64,000 bases of DNA from Octopus sinensis (Eukaryota): contig NC_043022.1 in the NCBI RefSeq assembly GCF_006345805.1, positions 23,250,001 to 23,314,000 on the forward strand. The letters are read 5' to 3'. The notes under the pieces are model-generated. The model had not been told where the DNA came from, did no database searches, and saw only the letters and a program-made list of their open reading frames with translations. Below, one piece after another: positions 37,184-49,512 of this stretch (the first letter of the stretch is position 1; every line of letters starts with the position of its first letter). The translations under genes were made by a program, and so were the position numbers.

Positions 37184-37595
37184 TGTGTTCCTTCTTAGAC
37201 ATGTTTTGGGATACTGTTAAGTGGTTGGCATTAGGAAGAGTATTTGACTGTAGAAACTGTGCCAAAGCAGATATCGGAGATCAGTACAGTCTTCTGGCCC
37301 ATCAGTTCCTGTTGAACCATCCAACTTATGCCAGCATGGAAAACAGACATTAAACAATGATGGTGACAATTATATAAATGTGTGTATGTGCATTTATGCA
37401 TGCATGCGTGCGTGCACGTGCGTGTGTGTATCATCAGGATGATCCTCCTCATCATCATCATTATTCAACATCCCTCTTCCTTGGTGGCATGGGTTTGACA
37501 GTTTTATAGGCTTCTGTGGCTGAATGCCCTTCCTAATGCCAGGCACTACATGTGTGTGTGTGTGTGTGTGTGTATTCATATATATATACACACAC

Positions 37596-37631
<36 letters not shown>

Positions 37632-37739
37632 ATATATATACATACACACACACAATATATATATATATATATATACATATCATATAGTGAGCAATAAAAA
37701 TAAGGATAACACATGAGGAACAAGGCTTAATACATAAGG

Positions 37740-38330
37740 TTTTAACTTAAGGCTTTAATATGAAAGAGAACGAGCATTGACGTTTCGGATATTAGTCCTT
37801 CACAAGACAGAGAGAGAGAGAGAGCGAGAGAGAGAGAAACATAGAAAGAACGAGAAAGGGAAGTAGTCAATGAGAACAAAAAACTGGTGAAGTGTTACAA
37901 ACCAAGTGTGAATGCTATTCCAGATGGGAGTGTTAAGAGTGAAGTAGAGGCAGGTGTGTGTATTATGCCAATATAGGTGTGGAACAATGCCTGGTAGTGA
38001 TAATAAGTGAAGATGTGACATGTTTGTACATGTTATTGTGTTGTATGTATGGGTGTAAAGAAGTGTAAATCCTTATCATAGATTAATGGGAGTGTTAAAT
38101 GTTGTTGGTGTACATGTGTATAATCTTTAGGCAGGTTGTATGAAAATGTAGTGGCGAGGAGATGAGAGCTGGATGAACATGAGAGGAAAAGAAGCGAAAT
38201 AAATGGGATGGGAGATCAATGTTGAGGGTGTGACTGATGTGGGGGCAAGTGTATGACAAAATTATGTAGGCATGTGGAATGTTTTAACAAAAGGTAAAAG
38301 TTTAAACTGCTTTCCAATCTGTCCTTTTAT
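37740..38330 (-). mobile_element. Possible Penelope-like 3' remnant
   Basis: Minus strand GTGAAGGACTAATATCCGAAACGTC terminal signature; rest heavily decayed. Confidence 0.4.
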
Positions 38331-38419
38331 CTATTATACACACCCACAAACATACATGCATATGTATGTGTACACACATTAAAAAAAAAAAACCATCATC
38401 ATAATCATGATATCAGTGC

Positions 38420-38576
38420 AGACATGGCTGTGTGGAAAGAAGTTTGCTTCCTTACTACATGGTCCCGGGTTCAGTCCCACTGCATGGGACCTTGGGTATG
38501 TGTCTTCTATTATAGCCTCAGGCCGACCAAAACCTTGTGAATGGATTTGGTATGCAGAAACTGAAAGAAGCTCATC

Positions 38577-38609
<33 letters not shown>

Positions 38610-38633
38610 CACACACCACACACACACACACAC

Positions 38634-38681
<48 letters not shown>

Positions 38682-38993
38682 TATATATATCATCATCATC
38701 ATTGTTTAATGCCCGCTTTCCATGCTAGCATGGGTTGGACGGTTCAACTGGGGTCTGGGAAGCCAGAAGGCTGCACCAGGCCCGGTCTGATCTGGCAGTG
38801 TTTATACAGCTGGATGCCCTTCCTAACGCCAACCACTCCGTGAGTGTAGTGGGTGCTTTTTACGTGCCACCGGCACAGGTGCCAGACGAGGCTGGCAAAC
38901 GGCCACGATCAGATGATGCTTTTTACGTGCCACTGGCATGGAGACCAGACGAAGCTGGCAACGGCCACAGTCGGATGGTGCTACACATATATA

Positions 38994-39027
<34 letters not shown>

Positions 39028-39195
39028 TATTAGTGTGTTTATGTCCCTGTAACTTAGAGGTGTGGCAAAAGACACCAACAAAATAAGTATTAGGCTTACA
39101 AAGAATAAGTCCTGGAGTGAACCAGTTCAACTAAAACCCTTTGAGGTGGTGCTCCAGCCTGGCCGCAGTCAAATGACTGAAATGTGTAAAGGAAT
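38420..39195 (+). mobile_element. SINE-AB with an RTE-tail element (38691-38982, minus) inserted in its internal microsatellite
   Basis: Head ends GAAAGAAGCTCATCGTG-(TA)n; (CAT)n insert; (TA)n then 3' half from ~39025. Confidence 0.82.
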
Positions 39196-39543
39196 AAAAA
39201 AATATAATCATAATCATTACTTAATCTATGTTTTTCCATGCTGACAGAGGTTGGACATATAATTCATCCTAAGTATTTGGAGGTTATATTTAGACTGTGC
39301 ATCAAGTCTAAACCAACCCTTGCCATGTTAGACATTAGCCGGATGAAATTAAGTTAGCGTTGCTAGGCTACAAAAAGAGAGAACTGCAAGTAAAACATGT
39401 GTTGGTGCCGAGGTGAATGGTTCATTAACTGAATGTAAACAACTGCAGCTATGTCTGATTACAGCAACTTTCCTGACCTTTACAGTTTGATACTGTTTAT
39501 GTGGAAGCTTGACCTTCTATAGATAGATAAATCTAAGGAAAAC

Positions 39544-39598
39544 ATGGGGAAGAAAGGAGATCAAGAGAACGGCAATTCTAGAAAAGAAAGGATTTGGT
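39544..39598 (+). CDS. Candidate first coding exon of an unidentified host gene (MGKKGDQENGNSRKERIW, phase 1)
   Basis: ATG at 39544, open to a strong donor TGGT|GTGAGT at 39599; possible acceptors TTTACAG (39485) and CTATAG (39522); non-repeat sequence; no downstream exon identified. Confidence 0.25.
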
Positions 39599-39695
39599 GT
39601 GAGTGTTCTGAAGCCAAAACACCTATAAGGAAATGTTGAATGAGCACAGTCAAATGTAAAATATATCTTGCTTCAATGAGCACAATCAAACATAG

Positions 39696-40108
39696 GGATC
39701 TTTTCAGTTTGAATGGCAGTTTTTTCTAGCGGTGTCATATGAAATTGTCACCCATAATTATGACCCTAGTATCGATCTATTGCATTTCAATCTCTTTTAG
39801 GGTTAGGGTTAGGGGGAAGGATATCTTTTTTTTCTTCACAAATGTAAATAAACCCCATCAGTTTCTTAAACGAGGGACATATTCATACGGCACAGAATGT
39901 TTTTTTAACTCAATGGACGTCAGTGATTGGTTGAAATTGCAGAAATTGAAGAAAAAAAACAACAAATATTTTACAAACTATAGAATTTTCTCAATAAAGC
40001 CAAGAGAAAAAGATGTTTTATAAACACATTCTACCAGTATACGAAGTTTAAAATTTTTTAGTTACCTAGAAATTATGTTAAAAACTGCCGTTCAAACTGA
40101 AAAGATCC
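39696..40108. mobile_element. MITE-F flanked by an 80-bp direct duplication (39616-39695 / 40109-40188)
   Basis: Both TIRs intact; AAAACACCTATAAGG...GCACAATCAAACATAG on both sides with 3 substitutions. Confidence 0.92.
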
Positions 40109-40372
40109 AAAACACCTATAAGGATATGTTGAATGAGCACAATCGAATGTAAAATATATCTTGCTTCAATGAGCACAATCAAACATAGTATACATAGCTT
40201 ATTAGAATGAGCACAATCAAAGGTGGTTATATAGTTTGCTAATTCATGGAAGTGAAAGATATTGTAAAAGTGGTAGATGAGCTCCATATGTGAATTAGTC
40301 ACTGCACTCCAGGACATACTTGTAAGTGTAGCAGTAGCTACATTTGTAGACGGTATTCTAATTGGAGCCAAA

Positions 40373-40735
40373 GCAGCGAGTTAGCAGAATCATTAGCATG
40401 CCAGGCAAAATGCTTAGCAGCATTTCGTTTCTCTTTACATTCTGAGTTCAAATTCCACCGAGGTTGACTTTACTGTTCATCCTTTGGGGTTGATAAAATA
40501 AGTACCACTTGAGCACTGGGGTCAATTTAATTGACTTTCCCCACTCCTTGAAATTGCAAATCAATATTCCAATTGGGACCAAGGCAAGGGGCTGGCAGAT
40601 TCGTTAGCATGCCAGGCAAAATGTTTAGCAGCATTTTATCTGTTTTTTATGTTCTGAGTTCAAATTTCACCAGGGCCGATTTTGCTTTTCATGTTTTCAC
40701 AGTCAATAAAATAAGTACCAGTTGAACACTGAGGT
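40373..40735 (+). mobile_element. Two adjacent degraded SINE-H copies
   Basis: GGCAGA(A/T)TC(A/G)TTAGCATGCCAGGCAAAATG.TTAGCAGCATTT..TCTGAGTTCAAATT twice. Confidence 0.75.
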
Positions 40736-40790
40736 TGAATGGATTTGGTAGGCAGAAATTGAAAGAAGCTCATCGTGTATATATATATAT

Positions 40791-41142
40791 CATCATCATC
40801 ATTGTTCGACCGTGGTCGAGACAATGGAATTTACCATGTTACGCCAGACTTCACGGTCCATCATAGCATTATGGAGGTCCTGTTGCTGGATGCCTGTATC
40901 CCTGGAGATTACATCAGGGGAGGAGAGTGTGCGCCCTCTGGTATTGTGAGTAGATGGCTTCCAGAGGAGAAGAGTAGAAATTGCCCCGTTTTCAGCTCTA
41001 CAACAATGTCCAGCAAACTGGACTCTCCTACCTTTCACAAGAGATAACACAGGTAGTAGTTTCCCATAAATTTGCATTTTGGTTGGATGACGCTTCCACG
41101 AGAGATTTTGAGCTCTCATAAGGAGGAGAGTGTAGGTTCCAT
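40791..41142 (-). pseudogene. RTE-clade LINE 3' coding fragment with (GAT)n tail, inserted in the microsatellite of a SINE-AB (40738-41385)
   Basis: LDGTYTLLLMRAQNLSWKRH, RRVQFAGHCCR, LLLWKP, MMDREVWRNMV. Confidence 0.85.
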
Positions 41143-41180
41143 CCAACTGCCTCTCAAGCTTCTTTGATAACGCTATCAAA

Positions 41181-41217
<37 letters not shown>

Positions 41218-41859
41218 TGTTAGTGTGTTTATGTCTCTGTAACTTAGCGGTCTGGCAAAAGACACCAACAAAATAAGTATTAGGCTTACAAAGAATGAGT
41301 CCTGGAGTGTACTGGTTCACCTAAAACCCTTTGAGGTGGTGCTCCAGCATGGCCAGAGTCAAATGACTGAAATGTGTAAAGGAATAAAAAAATAATCATA
41401 ATCATTATTTAATGTGCGTTTTTCCATGCTGACAGAGGTTGGACATATAATTTATCCTAATGGATTTGGTAGGCAAATCACTAGCCTGTGCCAAAATTCG
41501 AACCACTATTCTATTTAGGATTAAGGCAGTGAGAATCATTAGCACACTGAGCAAAATGCTGAGAGCAAAACACTTCGGTTCCTGGTAGGGCCACCGAAGG
41601 TGGATTGGTCTGACACCGAGTGGTATTAGGGCCACAACCCAGCAGACAGGGCTCTGGTAAAATCCTCGGAGTGTCTGCTTCGACAACCGGTGGCTCCTCG
41701 GTCGTTCTGTCCCTGTGTCTGCAGACAATCTGCGGCAAACAGGATGTCTCCATATGCGGGATTTTTGGGGACCGCTTGTGAAATCCACATATTCCCACGA
41801 AACTTCTTCCATGAGTAGAAGAAGCTGACGCAACCCGCCCAGGGTGAATGTCGCCACAA

Positions 41860-42059
41860 GTATAAGTACTGTCCCAATAAGTGATTCTTAGGATCTGAGG
41901 CACTACCGATGAAATACGCCAAGTTGGCAGGCAATTTTTGCTGTCATCTTCCAGGTCTCAGCTTCATAGATTGCTATTGGCAAGTATTATTCTTATGATG
42001 GTCCAGGATGTTTGTGTATGAAACAACAGCACTGTGATGATACTACCGACCTATGCTAG
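41860..42059 (-). pseudogene. RTE-clade remnant truncated by the gap
   Basis: PIAIYEAETWKMTAKIACQLGVFHR*CLR then ILRITYWD after a frameshift. Confidence 0.65.
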
Positions 42060-42159
42060 NNNNNNNNNNNNNNNNNNNNNNNNNNNNNNNNNNNNNNNNN
42101 NNNNNNNNNNNNNNNNNNNNNNNNNNNNNNNNNNNNNNNNNNNNNNNNNNNNNNNNNNN
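42060..42159. other. Assembly gap (100 N)
   Basis: Run of N. Confidence 1.
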
Positions 42160-42477
42160 TAGCCAGGTAAAAGTTTGTTTAATAGTTTTCTAACGACAAC
42201 AAATAACAACATAAACTAAAGATTTCTTAAGATATTATGATTAATCTTGCCTTCTTGTTTAATTCTGTTGGATACCCGTCTGTCTATCTACATATCTATC
42301 TACTAAACTAGCCTGCTAGCAATTTATGTTTCTTTGTGTCGGTTTATCAATCTATTTTTCTGTCTAGCTATCTGTATGTCTACCTTCATATCCATTTACA
42401 CAAACACTGTTTATTTCAGTTTGCCTTACCTACGTATCTACCTGTTCATCTGATTGTCCATTTATTGCACTACCTAC

Positions 42478-42520
<43 letters not shown>

Positions 42521-42529
42521 CCTATCTAC

Positions 42530-42577
<48 letters not shown>

Positions 42578-42578
42578 A

Positions 42579-42609
<31 letters not shown>

Positions 42610-42669
42610 ATATATATTATATATATATATATATACACTCACACACACACACATATATATATATATGTA

Positions 42670-42711
<42 letters not shown>

Positions 42712-42712
42712 A

Positions 42713-43399
42713 GTGCAGGAATGGCTGTGTGGTAAGAAGTTTGCTTCCCAAACACATGGTTCTGGGTTCAGTCCTACTGCATAGCACCTTGGGCAAGTAT
42801 CTTCTACTATAGCCTCAAGTCAACCAAAGTCCTGTGAGTGTATTTGGTAGATGGAAACTGAAAGAAGCCCATCATATATATATGTATATTTATACATATA
42901 TGTATGTATTTGTATGACTGTGTTTGTCCCCCCACCATCGCCTGACAACCAATGTTAGTGTGTTTATGTCACTGCAACTTAACAGTCCTGGGGTCGATTT
43001 GGTCGACTAAAGGCAGTGCTCCAGCATGGCTACAATCAAATGACTGAAGCAAGTAAAAGAGAAAATGTAAAAGAATGTAATATATATATATATATACATA
43101 GCCGCATGAGTGGCTTTGTGGTAAGTAGCTTACCAACCACATGGTTTTGGGTTCAGTCCCACTGCGTAGCACCTTGGGCAAGTGCCTTCTACTATAGGCT
43201 TGGGCCAACCAAAGCCTGTGAGTGGATTTGATAGACAGAAACTGAAAGGAGCCCGTCATATTTATAATATATATATATAAATATACATATACATATATAC
43301 ATATATATATATTATATATATATAATATATAAATATACATATATATATATTATATATAATATATATTATATATATAATATACACACACACACACACATA

Positions 43400-43437
<38 letters not shown>

Positions 43438-43445
43438 CCTATATA

Positions 43446-43512
<67 letters not shown>

Positions 43513-43702
43513 TGTATGTATATGTTTGTGTGTCAGTGTTGTTCCTCAACATTACTTGACAACTAGTGTATTTACGTCCCCGTAACTTAAGTTAGCAGTT
43601 CAGCAAAAGAGGGCGATAGAATAAGTACTAGGCTTACAAAGAATTAGTCCTGGGGTTGATTTGCTTGACTAAAGGCAGTGCTCCAGCATGGCCGCAGTCA
43701 AA
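42713..43702 (+). mobile_element. Two consecutive SINE-AB copies (42713-43070; 43106-43702 with a ~270-bp internal microsatellite)
   Basis: Head and 3' half motifs present twice. Confidence 0.8.
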
Positions 43703-43849
43703 AGAATATACATATATATATATATACATATACATACAAACACAAACATATGTATATATATAAAGTGAAATTTACAGAGGTCATAATTGTCTTATATTTC
43801 ATCTATCTATCTGTCTGTCTGTGTGTCTATCTATCAATCTATCTCTCTA

Positions 43850-43903
<54 letters not shown>

Positions 43904-44045
43904 CTTTCTGTGTGTCTGTCTGCTTATCTGCCTGTCTGTCTATCTATCTATCAGCAAACAAACACATGCAGACATGTGTGTGTGCACGCACATGCATGTG
44001 CATGTACGTGTGTGTGTGTGTGTGCGTGCATTTGTGTGTGTGTGT

Positions 44046-44124
<79 letters not shown>

Positions 44125-44409
44125 CATATAGCCTAGTGATTAATGTGTTGCTCTCACAGTTGCAAAAATACTTTATTTCCCATTATTCCAGTCCACTCAG
44201 CTGCAAATGCGTGACCCTTTGACGTACTAGCTTTCTGTCCAGAAGGTGTGTTGCCCTTCCTACCTAGCCACTGGAGTGGCACCATTCAAAAGCTAAACCT
44301 ATGTGAGTAAGCACACTGTGACTAATGGTGTATAACAACATCCATCTTCCAACTTCTCTGCATTAAGATCTGAAATGTAAAAGAATATAATATATATATA
44401 TATATATAT

Positions 44410-44572
44410 GTGACCGTGTGTGTACCTTTGTCTTCCCTTCTCTGGATCTTTCCTTCTCCTATGTTTCCGAAGAAGAGCTCCGCTCGAAACGTTAAATCCT
44501 CCTTCTTCCCTGAGCGTCCAATAATACTATATTTGTTCCACGTCCTCGCGTTGTTGTGTTTATATATATATA
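44410..44572 (+). mobile_element. Penelope-like terminal repeat fragment
   Basis: CCGAAGAAGAGCTCCGCTCGAAACGTT; homologous to 35150-35345. Confidence 0.65.
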
Positions 44573-44939
44573 TAAATATACATAGGCACAGGAGTGGCTT
44601 TGGGGTAAGTAGCTTGCTTACCAACCACATGGTTCTGGGTTCAGTCCCACTGCGTAGCACGTTGGGCAAGTGTCTTCTAATATAGGCTTGGGACAACCAA
44701 AGCCTTGAGAGTGGATTTGATAGTCTTAGATCTTAGTCACATCTTACCCTATACTGACTGCATCCACACCACCCCATTTTGTGATGAACTAAATCTACCA
44801 TCATTAATGATGGATCATGAAGGCCCCAGAAACAGCTACTGAATTTATAACACTTTTCTTCCATCCTTTTAATTTTTTCTGTTGTTTGTACTCTGTGTAA
44901 GTTGGACGTTTTCATATAAATATCTATATATTTATACAC

Positions 44940-45170
44940 GTGGAGGTGTGTGGCTTAGTGGGTAGGGTGTCAGCATCATGATCGCAAGATTGCGGTTTCG
45001 ATTCCTGGACTGGGTGACGCGTTGTGTTCTTGAGCAAAACACTTCACTTCACGTTGCTCCAGTTCACTCAGCTGGCAAAAATGAGTAATGCTACAATGGA
45101 CTGGCATCACACCCAGCCATACGCCATTGAAACCAGGCCCATGAGCCTGGCTAGGCTTTAAAAGGGGCCA
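44940..45170 (+). mobile_element. SINE-D-like element with alternative tail
   Basis: tRNA-like head, TTGAGCAAAACACT..CACTCAGCTGGCAAAAATGAG, then GCTACAATGGACTGGCATC. Confidence 0.75.
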
Positions 45171-45602
45171 TTTCTTATTATTATTTATATTTATACACAA
45201 AAATCCATCTTCTGAAAGATTCCACTTTTGCTTTCTCCGCTTCTGCATGTATACACACACATATATATATATTTTGTATTTAATATATTTGATGCGTCTA
45301 GTTTGATGTGTCTAGTTTGTTTATAACTGGTTCTATACCCACTCAATCAGATCTCTCTTATAGTCTTTCTTTACCTTGTGGAATGATCCCTTGTGAAGAC
45401 ATCGGAGTATAAGTGTGAATCTTTTGAGCACTACTAAGTGTCTTCTTTATGAAGAATATCTGGATGTCATCCGTGAACTATATATATATAATTTAAAAAT
45501 AGGATAAAATCTTTATAAGAAATTATCAAGTAGTTAGCATGAAATAACCTCTTAAGGGAAAAATGTTGTTAATTTATTAATTATTCCCTTTAAATATATC
45601 TA

Positions 45603-45770
45603 TTTATATTAAGAGCATTACTATACATAAATGCCTCATGCTAAGAGGGACTCTTAAAGTCAAAACTACCATAATAAACACATTGTACAATGTGTTTATT
45701 ATGGTAGTTTTGACTTTTAGAGTCCCTCCAAGCTTGAGGCATTTATGTATAGTAATGCCCTTAATATAAA
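45603..45770. repeat. 168-bp loopless palindrome (84-bp arms, about 5 mismatches)
   Basis: Centre ...AATAAACACATTGT|ACAATGTGTTTATT... Confidence 0.95.
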
Positions 45771-45835
45771 AATATATATATATATATATATGTATGTATA
45801 TATGTATATATATATATATATATAATATATATATA

Positions 45836-45885
<50 letters not shown>

Positions 45886-45890
45886 ATATG

Positions 45891-45924
<34 letters not shown>

Positions 45925-46270
45925 ATATATATTATATATATGTATGTGTGTGTGTGTATGTATGTATGTATGTATTTATGTATGTATGTATATATGTATG
46001 TATATACTTTTACTTATTTCGGTCAGTTGACTGCAGCCAGGCTAGAGCACCACTTTGAAGGGTTTTAGTTGAGCAAATCAACTCCAGGACTTTTTTTAAG
46101 CCTTGTACTTCTTCTATTGGCCTCGTTTGCTAAACCACTAAGTGATGAGGCCCTAAACACACCAACACCTGGTTGTCAAGCAACGATGGTGGGGTGGGGG
46201 GAAAATACAGACACCAAAACAAACACACACTACATACACATACACACATGCACATGCACACTCACACACC

Positions 46271-46302
<32 letters not shown>

Positions 46303-46509
46303 TTTTCTCTGCAAGCCTTAGAGCGAGTAGAGAGTCAAGGGTCACTGAAAAGTTGTGAACAGCAACAAAAGAACTGTGTTAGATAAAACAAAGAATCAAT
46401 TAGTTAGTTGCTTAGATATTTAACCATTTGATTAATAATCAAGAAGTAGAACTGCACCTGTGTCTGTGTTGTTATTGGCATAATGACTCTCCCAAGACAC
46501 AACAAAATT

Positions 46510-46540
<31 letters not shown>

Positions 46541-46786
46541 AGATTCTTTTATTCTTTCACTCATTTGACTTCAGCTATGCTGGAGCACTAACTTGAAGGG
46601 TTTTAGTTGAACAAATCGACCCCAGGACTTAATTCTTAAACCTAGTACTTATTCTGTCAATCCCTTTCGCTGAACCACGAAGTTATGGGTACATAAATAC
46701 GTCAAAAGCAGTTGTCAAACAGTGATGGTGGGGACAAAGACACACACAATGCATAAATATATATACATACATACATACATATATAT

Positions 46787-47975
46787 CATCATCATCATCA
46801 TCATCATCGTTTAACGTCCGTTCTCCATGCTAGCATGGGTTGGACGGTTTGACCGGGGATCTGGGAAGCCAGAAGGCTGCACCAGGCTCCAGTCTTATCT
46901 GGCAATGTTTCTACAGCTGGATGCCCTTCCTAGCGCCAACCACTCCGTGAGTGTAGTGGGTGCTTTTTACGTGCCACCTGCACAGGTGCCAGGTGAGGCT
47001 GGCAACGGCCACGGTCAGATTGGTGTATTTTACGTGCCACCGGCACGGAAGCCAGTCGAGGCGGCGCTGGCCTCGGCCACGAGTCGGATAGTGCTTTTTA
47101 CGTACCACCAGACCAGGGATCCTGGCTGGTTCATTTCGATTTCGCTTGCCCCAACATGTCTTCGCAAGCAAAGGGGGTTGGCATGAGTGCCTGTCGTCAG
47201 ATGAGGTTCTATATCGACTTCGCTTGCCTCAACAGGTCTTTGTGTCCAAGGGAGGAAAGGCATGCATAAGTGGGCTGGGCTCACTTGTCCTGCCTGGTCT
47301 TCTCACGTACAGCATATTTCCAAAGGTCTCGGTTGCTGGTCATTTCCTCAGTGAGGCCTAAAGTTCGAAGGTCGTGCTTCACCATCTCGTCCCAGGTTTT
47401 CCTGGGTCTACCTCTTCCACGGGTTCCCTCAACTGCTAGGGATTGGCACTTTCTCACACACCTATCTTCATCCATTCTCGCCACATGACCATACCAGCGC
47501 AATCGTCTTTCTTGCACACCACAACTGATGCTTCTTAGGTACAACATTTCTCTCAAGGTACTAATGCTCTGTCGAGTAAGTACACTGACATTACACATCC
47601 ATCGGAGCATACTGGCTTCATTCCTCACGAGCTTACGCATGTCCTCAGCAGTCACGGCCCATGTTTCACTGCCATGTAGCATGGCTGTTCGTACACATGC
47701 ATCATACAGTCTGCTTTTTACTCTGAGTGAGAGGCCTTTAGTCACCGGCAGAGGTAAGAGCTCCCTAAACTTTGCCCAGGCTATTCTTATTCTAGCAGTT
47801 ACACTTTCAGCGCACCCACCCTCACTACTGACTTGGTCATCTAGATAACGGAAGCTATCAACTACTTCTAGTTTTTCCCCCTGGAAAGTGACGGAAGTTG
47901 TTTTCTGCAGATTTTCGGAGGTCAATGCTCCCGAGCATCTGCCACATACAAAAACTATCTTCCCAGTTAGCCTAC
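46787..47975 (-). mobile_element. 5'-truncated RTE LINE: ORF2 C-terminus (47281-47975), ~490-bp 3' UTR, (GAT)n tail
   Basis: VFVCGRC, VVDSFRYL, RIRIAWAKFREL, RTAMLHGSETWAV, RRLRWYGHVARM, GRGRPRKTW; UTR ends in the RTE-tail motif. Confidence 0.93.
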
Positions 47976-48017
47976 ATTCCCAGTTAGCCTATATATATAT
48001 ATAATATATATATATAT

Positions 48018-48659
48018 ACACACATATATTATGGCCTTCTTTCATATATTATGGCCACATGGCTTTGGTTGGCTTGAGGGTATAGTAGATGATACTTGCC
48101 CATAGTCTCACTGCGTGGGACTGAATCCAGAACCATGTGGTTAGGAAGCAAGCTTCTTACCACACAGCTATACGTGCACCTATATATATATATTTCGAAA
48201 CACGCATTGAGTCAAAACAGGAGCAGCTGAAGAAGGGGAATGTTCCTTGTATTGTTTGTCTTGTACTCTGTTTTTTCGTTGTTAAAAAAAGTCCGTTTCC
48301 TTGTTTGATTTTATGTTTTCGTTTCTTGTTGTGTTCTACGTTTATTTGTGGTGTCCTGTACTCATATATGCATGTATATATACATATAGATGTAGGTATG
48401 TACATATATGTATGTATATATGCATATGTTTTATCTATTAAATTGCTATTATATATATATATATCAAATGTGAGGATAAAATTCTTTTCGAAAAAAAATA
48501 TTTTCTCGAAAAAAATTTTATCAATGGCCAGCATATTAAAAAATACCTTTAACGGTTAAATTTATAAACAATTCATAAATGAGGGCAAAGGAAAAAAATT
48601 TCTAATGCCAAATATGCCGAAAAATTGGACATATTGTCCATTAACCATATAATTCTTTC

Positions 48660-48696
<37 letters not shown>

Positions 48697-49340
48697 ATAT
48701 ACACACATATATTATGGCCTTCTTTCATATATTATGGCCACATGGCTTTGGTTGGCTTGAGGGTATAGTAGATGATACTTGCCCATAGTCTCACTGCGTG
48801 GGACTGAATCCAGAACCATGTGGTTAGGAAGCAAGCTTCTTACCACACAGCTATACGTGCACCTATATATATATTTCGAAACACGCATTGAGTCAAAACA
48901 GGAGCAGCTGAAGAAGGGGAATGTTCCTTGTATTGTTTGTCTTGTACTCTGTTTTTTCGTTGTTAAAAAAAGTCCGTTTCCTTGTTTGATTTTATGTTTT
49001 CGTTTCTTGTTGTGTTCTACGTTTATTTGTGGTGTCCTGTACTCATATATGCATGTATATATACATATAGATGTAGGTATGTACATATATGTATGTATAT
49101 ATGCATATGTTTTATCTATTAAATTGCTATTATATATATATATATCAAATGTGAGGATAAAATTCTTTTCGAAAAAAAATATTTTCTCGAAAAAAATTTT
49201 ATCAATGGCCAGCATATTAAAAAATACCTTTAACGGTTAAATTTATAAACAATTCATAAATGAGGGCAAAGGAAAAAAATTTCTAATGCCAAATATGCCG
49301 AAAAATTGGACATATTGTCCATTAACCATATAATTCTTTC

Positions 49341-49345
<5 letters not shown>
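48018..49345. repeat. Near-identical tandem duplication of ~645 bp (48018-48662 / 48702-49343) bounded by (TA)n
   Basis: Copies appear identical apart from TA count; each has a SINE head (minus) and a CTGAAGAAGGGG Penelope-like piece. Confidence 0.93.
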
Positions 49346-49393
<48 letters not shown>

Positions 49394-49512
49394 AACACAC
49401 ATATATGTACACATGCATTCAAACATGCATATCATTTCGAGATAATGTATGTCTTACTTTCTATCAAGCTAAATATCTGTCTTTGCATTTTTCAATTTAT
49501 CATCAATAAGAC

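Noticed and set aside
48190-48250. Permuted hammerhead-like GAAAC...GTC...CTGAAGA
   Set aside because: Helix I cannot form and helix III is mismatched; treated as a decayed Penelope-like end.
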